DNA from: Candidatus Enterousia avicola
GTDB lineage: Bacteria > Pseudomonadota > Alphaproteobacteria > Rs-D84
Assembly (NCBI GenBank): GCA_018714345.1
Contig: DVNO01000006.1
Coordinates: 7,233 to 71,232, forward strand
Direction: 5' to 3'
Length of the DNA stretch: 64,000 nt
The notes beneath the pieces were generated by a model. It saw only the letters and a list, made by a program, of their open reading frames with translations, made no database searches and was not told the DNA's origin. The position numbers and the translations under genes are program-made. Positions 61,988 to 64,000 of the stretch are shown here, in pieces. The number at the start of each line of letters is the position of its first letter. The stretch's first letter is position 1.

Positions 61988-62752
61988 ATGAAAAAAATAT
62001 TTTACTTAACTGTTCTGCCTGCTTTGTTAACTGCTCCGGCAATGGCGGAATATAGTGATGAACAGTTTCAGTCAGAAGTTTTAGAAGGCCTAGATTTAAT
62101 TAGTGTACGTGAAAATATTGATATGCCTGCACCTGCAAAGGGTGAATTGGGGCTGGATGTTTATCAAACAACCGATGCAGGTTATAACCCAGATATTAAA
62201 CTTTATATACCAACAACTATGTATGTCCGTGCTGGTGGGGGACTCAATCTTCCATTTGCAACAGATAAAGCAAAAGTCGGTGATAAAGAATTTAGTTCTT
62301 CGGGAAGCTGGACAACACAAATAGGACTGGGGTGGAATTTATCTTCTTATGTAAGAGCAGAAATAGATTTTCAAGAATCTACATTTAATTTCTCTGATCT
62401 AGAAGATGTGCAGGCGAATTACCAAACTGTTGGTGGAATGCTTTATTTCGATTTCGCACGAAGATATGTTCAAACAGGAGATATAACATATAGAAGAAAA
62501 TTCGTTCCTTTTATGGGGCTTGGGGTTGCTGCCGGCGCGTACAAGTTTGATGGGGCAAATGGCGCAAATGGTTTTGTTATTGCAGCACCACGTGCAACAT
62601 TGGGATTCAATGTGATGCTTACGGATCTAATAGGCATAGATATAATGTATCAATATCAAATGATGATAGGAAACGGCTTTGGTTGGAATGTAAATTCAAG
62701 TGGTGTAGATAATATAAGCAATATTCTGGCATCATTTCGTGTAAACTTTTAA
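61988..62752 (+). CDS. Outer-membrane beta-barrel protein (Omp25/31-like)
   Basis: Signal peptide ...LTAPAMA, amphipathic strands, C-terminal ...ASFRVNF. Confidence 0.7.
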   Translation: MKKIFYLTVLPALLTAPAMAEYSDEQFQSEVLEGLDLISVRENIDMPAPAKGELGLDVYQTTDAGYNPDIKLYIPTTMYVRAGGGLNLPFATDKAKVGDKEFSSSGSWTTQIGLGWNLSSYVRAEIDFQESTFNFSDLEDVQANYQTVGGMLYFDFARRYVQTGDITYRRKFVPFMGLGVAAGAYKFDGANGANGFVIAAPRATLGFNVMLTDLIGIDIMYQYQMMIGNGFGWNVNSSGVDNISNILASFRVNF

Positions 62753-62774
62753 AAAATTGTGGGGAATATAAGAT

Positions 62775-63422
62775 ATGAATTCAAAAATTTTACCTGTTTT
62801 ATTAATGCTGCTGCCAATAACAGCAAATGCGGCTATTCCCTATCGGGCAGAACAAATTACTATGACAGAGGCAGGCGATGTAAATGGCGAAGATTCACAA
62901 GCTTTGGCTCGTCTGCAACGTTTCTACATAGGTGGGGCGTACAACTTTTCCTTGTGGAATGACGGTAATGATGGAAACTTTAGCATAACTGGCAAAGACA
63001 CATCTTCTTTCGAAGCCATGATTGGTGTCCGTGCGTTTGACATATTCCGAGTAGAAGCGAATTATATCCGTACTTACGCCAAGTGGAACGCATTTGACCT
63101 GACTGGCGACACAGCTATGGTAAATGCCATATTTGATGCCCGTATAGATAACTTATACAGATTATTCTATAAACAGCGCCTGGTCCCATACGTAGGAATT
63201 GGGGCTGGTGTATCTTGGAATTCGGTATCTGACGTGTCCATAGAAGATAAAATATCACCAGTATTAAGTGCAATGGCAGGCTTGTCCGTTGAAATGGGTG
63301 AACATTTTGCCTTGGACTTTGGATATAGATACATGTATATGTTTTCACCTAAGTTTAATGTAATAGATGACTTCTCACCAATAGCTCACCAATTTCGCGT
63401 GGGTGCAAGGGTACATTTTTAA
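62775..63422 (+). CDS. Outer-membrane beta-barrel protein (Omp25/31-like)
   Basis: Signal peptide ...LLPITANA, YIGGAYNFS... strands, C-terminal ...RVGARVHF. Confidence 0.7.
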   Translation: MNSKILPVLLMLLPITANAAIPYRAEQITMTEAGDVNGEDSQALARLQRFYIGGAYNFSLWNDGNDGNFSITGKDTSSFEAMIGVRAFDIFRVEANYIRTYAKWNAFDLTGDTAMVNAIFDARIDNLYRLFYKQRLVPYVGIGAGVSWNSVSDVSIEDKISPVLSAMAGLSVEMGEHFALDFGYRYMYMFSPKFNVIDDFSPIAHQFRVGARVHF

Positions 63423-63425
63423 AAA

Positions 63426-64000
63426 ATGAAAAAGTGTCCGTTTTTTGGCGTTTGTGGTGGTTGCAAATATGATTTTGCTTCACCGACTTATCATGAAGAA
63501 AAACTAAAAGAGTTAAAGAATTTACCTTTAACAGCTGCACCTATTTGGACAGATATAGGAACAAGACGTAGAGCAGATTTTGCATTTGCGGATGGAAATT
63601 TCGGTCTATATCAGCACAAATCTAAAAACATCGTTCCAGTACGGGATTGTCCATTACTACGTACAGAGATAAATAATATTTTACCACTGCTGGCTGCACT
63701 GCCATGGAGTGGTTCTGGGGCATGTCTTATAACTGTCTGTAATAATGGTATTGATATAGCAGTTACTTCACCAGTGCCATACTTTTCTAGCGAATTAAAA
63801 AAATCCGTAGAAAAAGTACAAGAAATTATAAGATTTACATGGAATGAACATACAGTTGTACAGCGAAAAAATCCTATAATATCGTTTGATGATAAAGATA
63901 TAGAATACCCATCAGGTGCGTTTTTACAACCAACGGAACAAAGCGAAAAAACTTTGCGAGATATGGTCGTTAAAGCAGCAACAGGTGCAAAAAAAGTAGC
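63426..64000 (+). CDS. 5' part of a TrmA/RumA-family RNA (uracil-5)-methyltransferase
   Basis: MKKCPFFGVCGGCKYD Cys cluster at the N-terminus, and FLQPTEQSEKTL just before the SAM-binding region. Runs off the right edge. Confidence 0.7.
   Translation, partial: MKKCPFFGVCGGCKYDFASPTYHEEKLKELKNLPLTAAPIWTDIGTRRRADFAFADGNFGLYQHKSKNIVPVRDCPLLRTEINNILPLLAALPWSGSGACLITVCNNGIDIAVTSPVPYFSSELKKSVEKVQEIIRFTWNEHTVVQRKNPIISFDDKDIEYPSGAFLQPTEQSEKTLRDMVVKAATGAKKV

Overview
AT-rich (about 35-40% GC by eye, not computed) Gram-negative chromosome segment. All family calls come from motifs read in the supplied translations and recalled family signatures; no searches were run. The core gene order looks alphaproteobacterial: lepB-rnc, ligA, fabI, recG, rph, RNase E/G, frr-uppS-cdsA-rseP-bamA, lpxI, and several Omp25/31-like barrel genes. 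Acetate kinase and a Firmicutes/Bacteroidetes-style flavodoxin operon suggest an anaerobic, possibly gut- or host-associated lineage (inference). There are four tRNAs (Asn-GTT, Lys-TTT, His-GTG, Ala-GGC). I saw no rRNA, CRISPR array, transposase or tyrosine integrase. GC-rich hairpin terminators stand out clearly against the AT-rich background. Accessory blocks interrupt the housekeeping genes. (i) 12.9-33.2 kb lies downstream of tRNA-Asn. It holds a dead peptidase-S51/Fic chimera, a translationally coupled pair of secreted proteins of unknown family, a TetR-controlled flavodoxin/cupin/DUF362 operon and a TbpB-like surface lipoprotein. It also holds an MsbA/PglK-like ABC exporter, a 975-aa four-module glycan enzyme, an orphan phage tail-fibre-like gene pair, two more glycosyltransferases and a serine recombinase. 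(ii) 36.4-39.7 kb lies next to tRNA-Lys and holds an 812-aa orphan protein plus a membrane protein. (iii) 48.4-49.5 kb holds two paralogous coiled-coil genes, a structured intergenic element and a duplicated tRNA-His 3' end with its terminator. (iv) 55.8-61.0 kb follows bamA and holds a 48-aa lipoprotein, two VirB8-like bitopic proteins, a secreted protein and two GT2 genes, where skp-lpxD-fabZ-lpxA would be expected. My best candidates for something undescribed are the secreted pair at 13650-17689, the bamA-adjacent VirB8-like operon at 55766-58128, and the recombinase-headed glycan locus with its embedded tail-fibre module (25735-32987).
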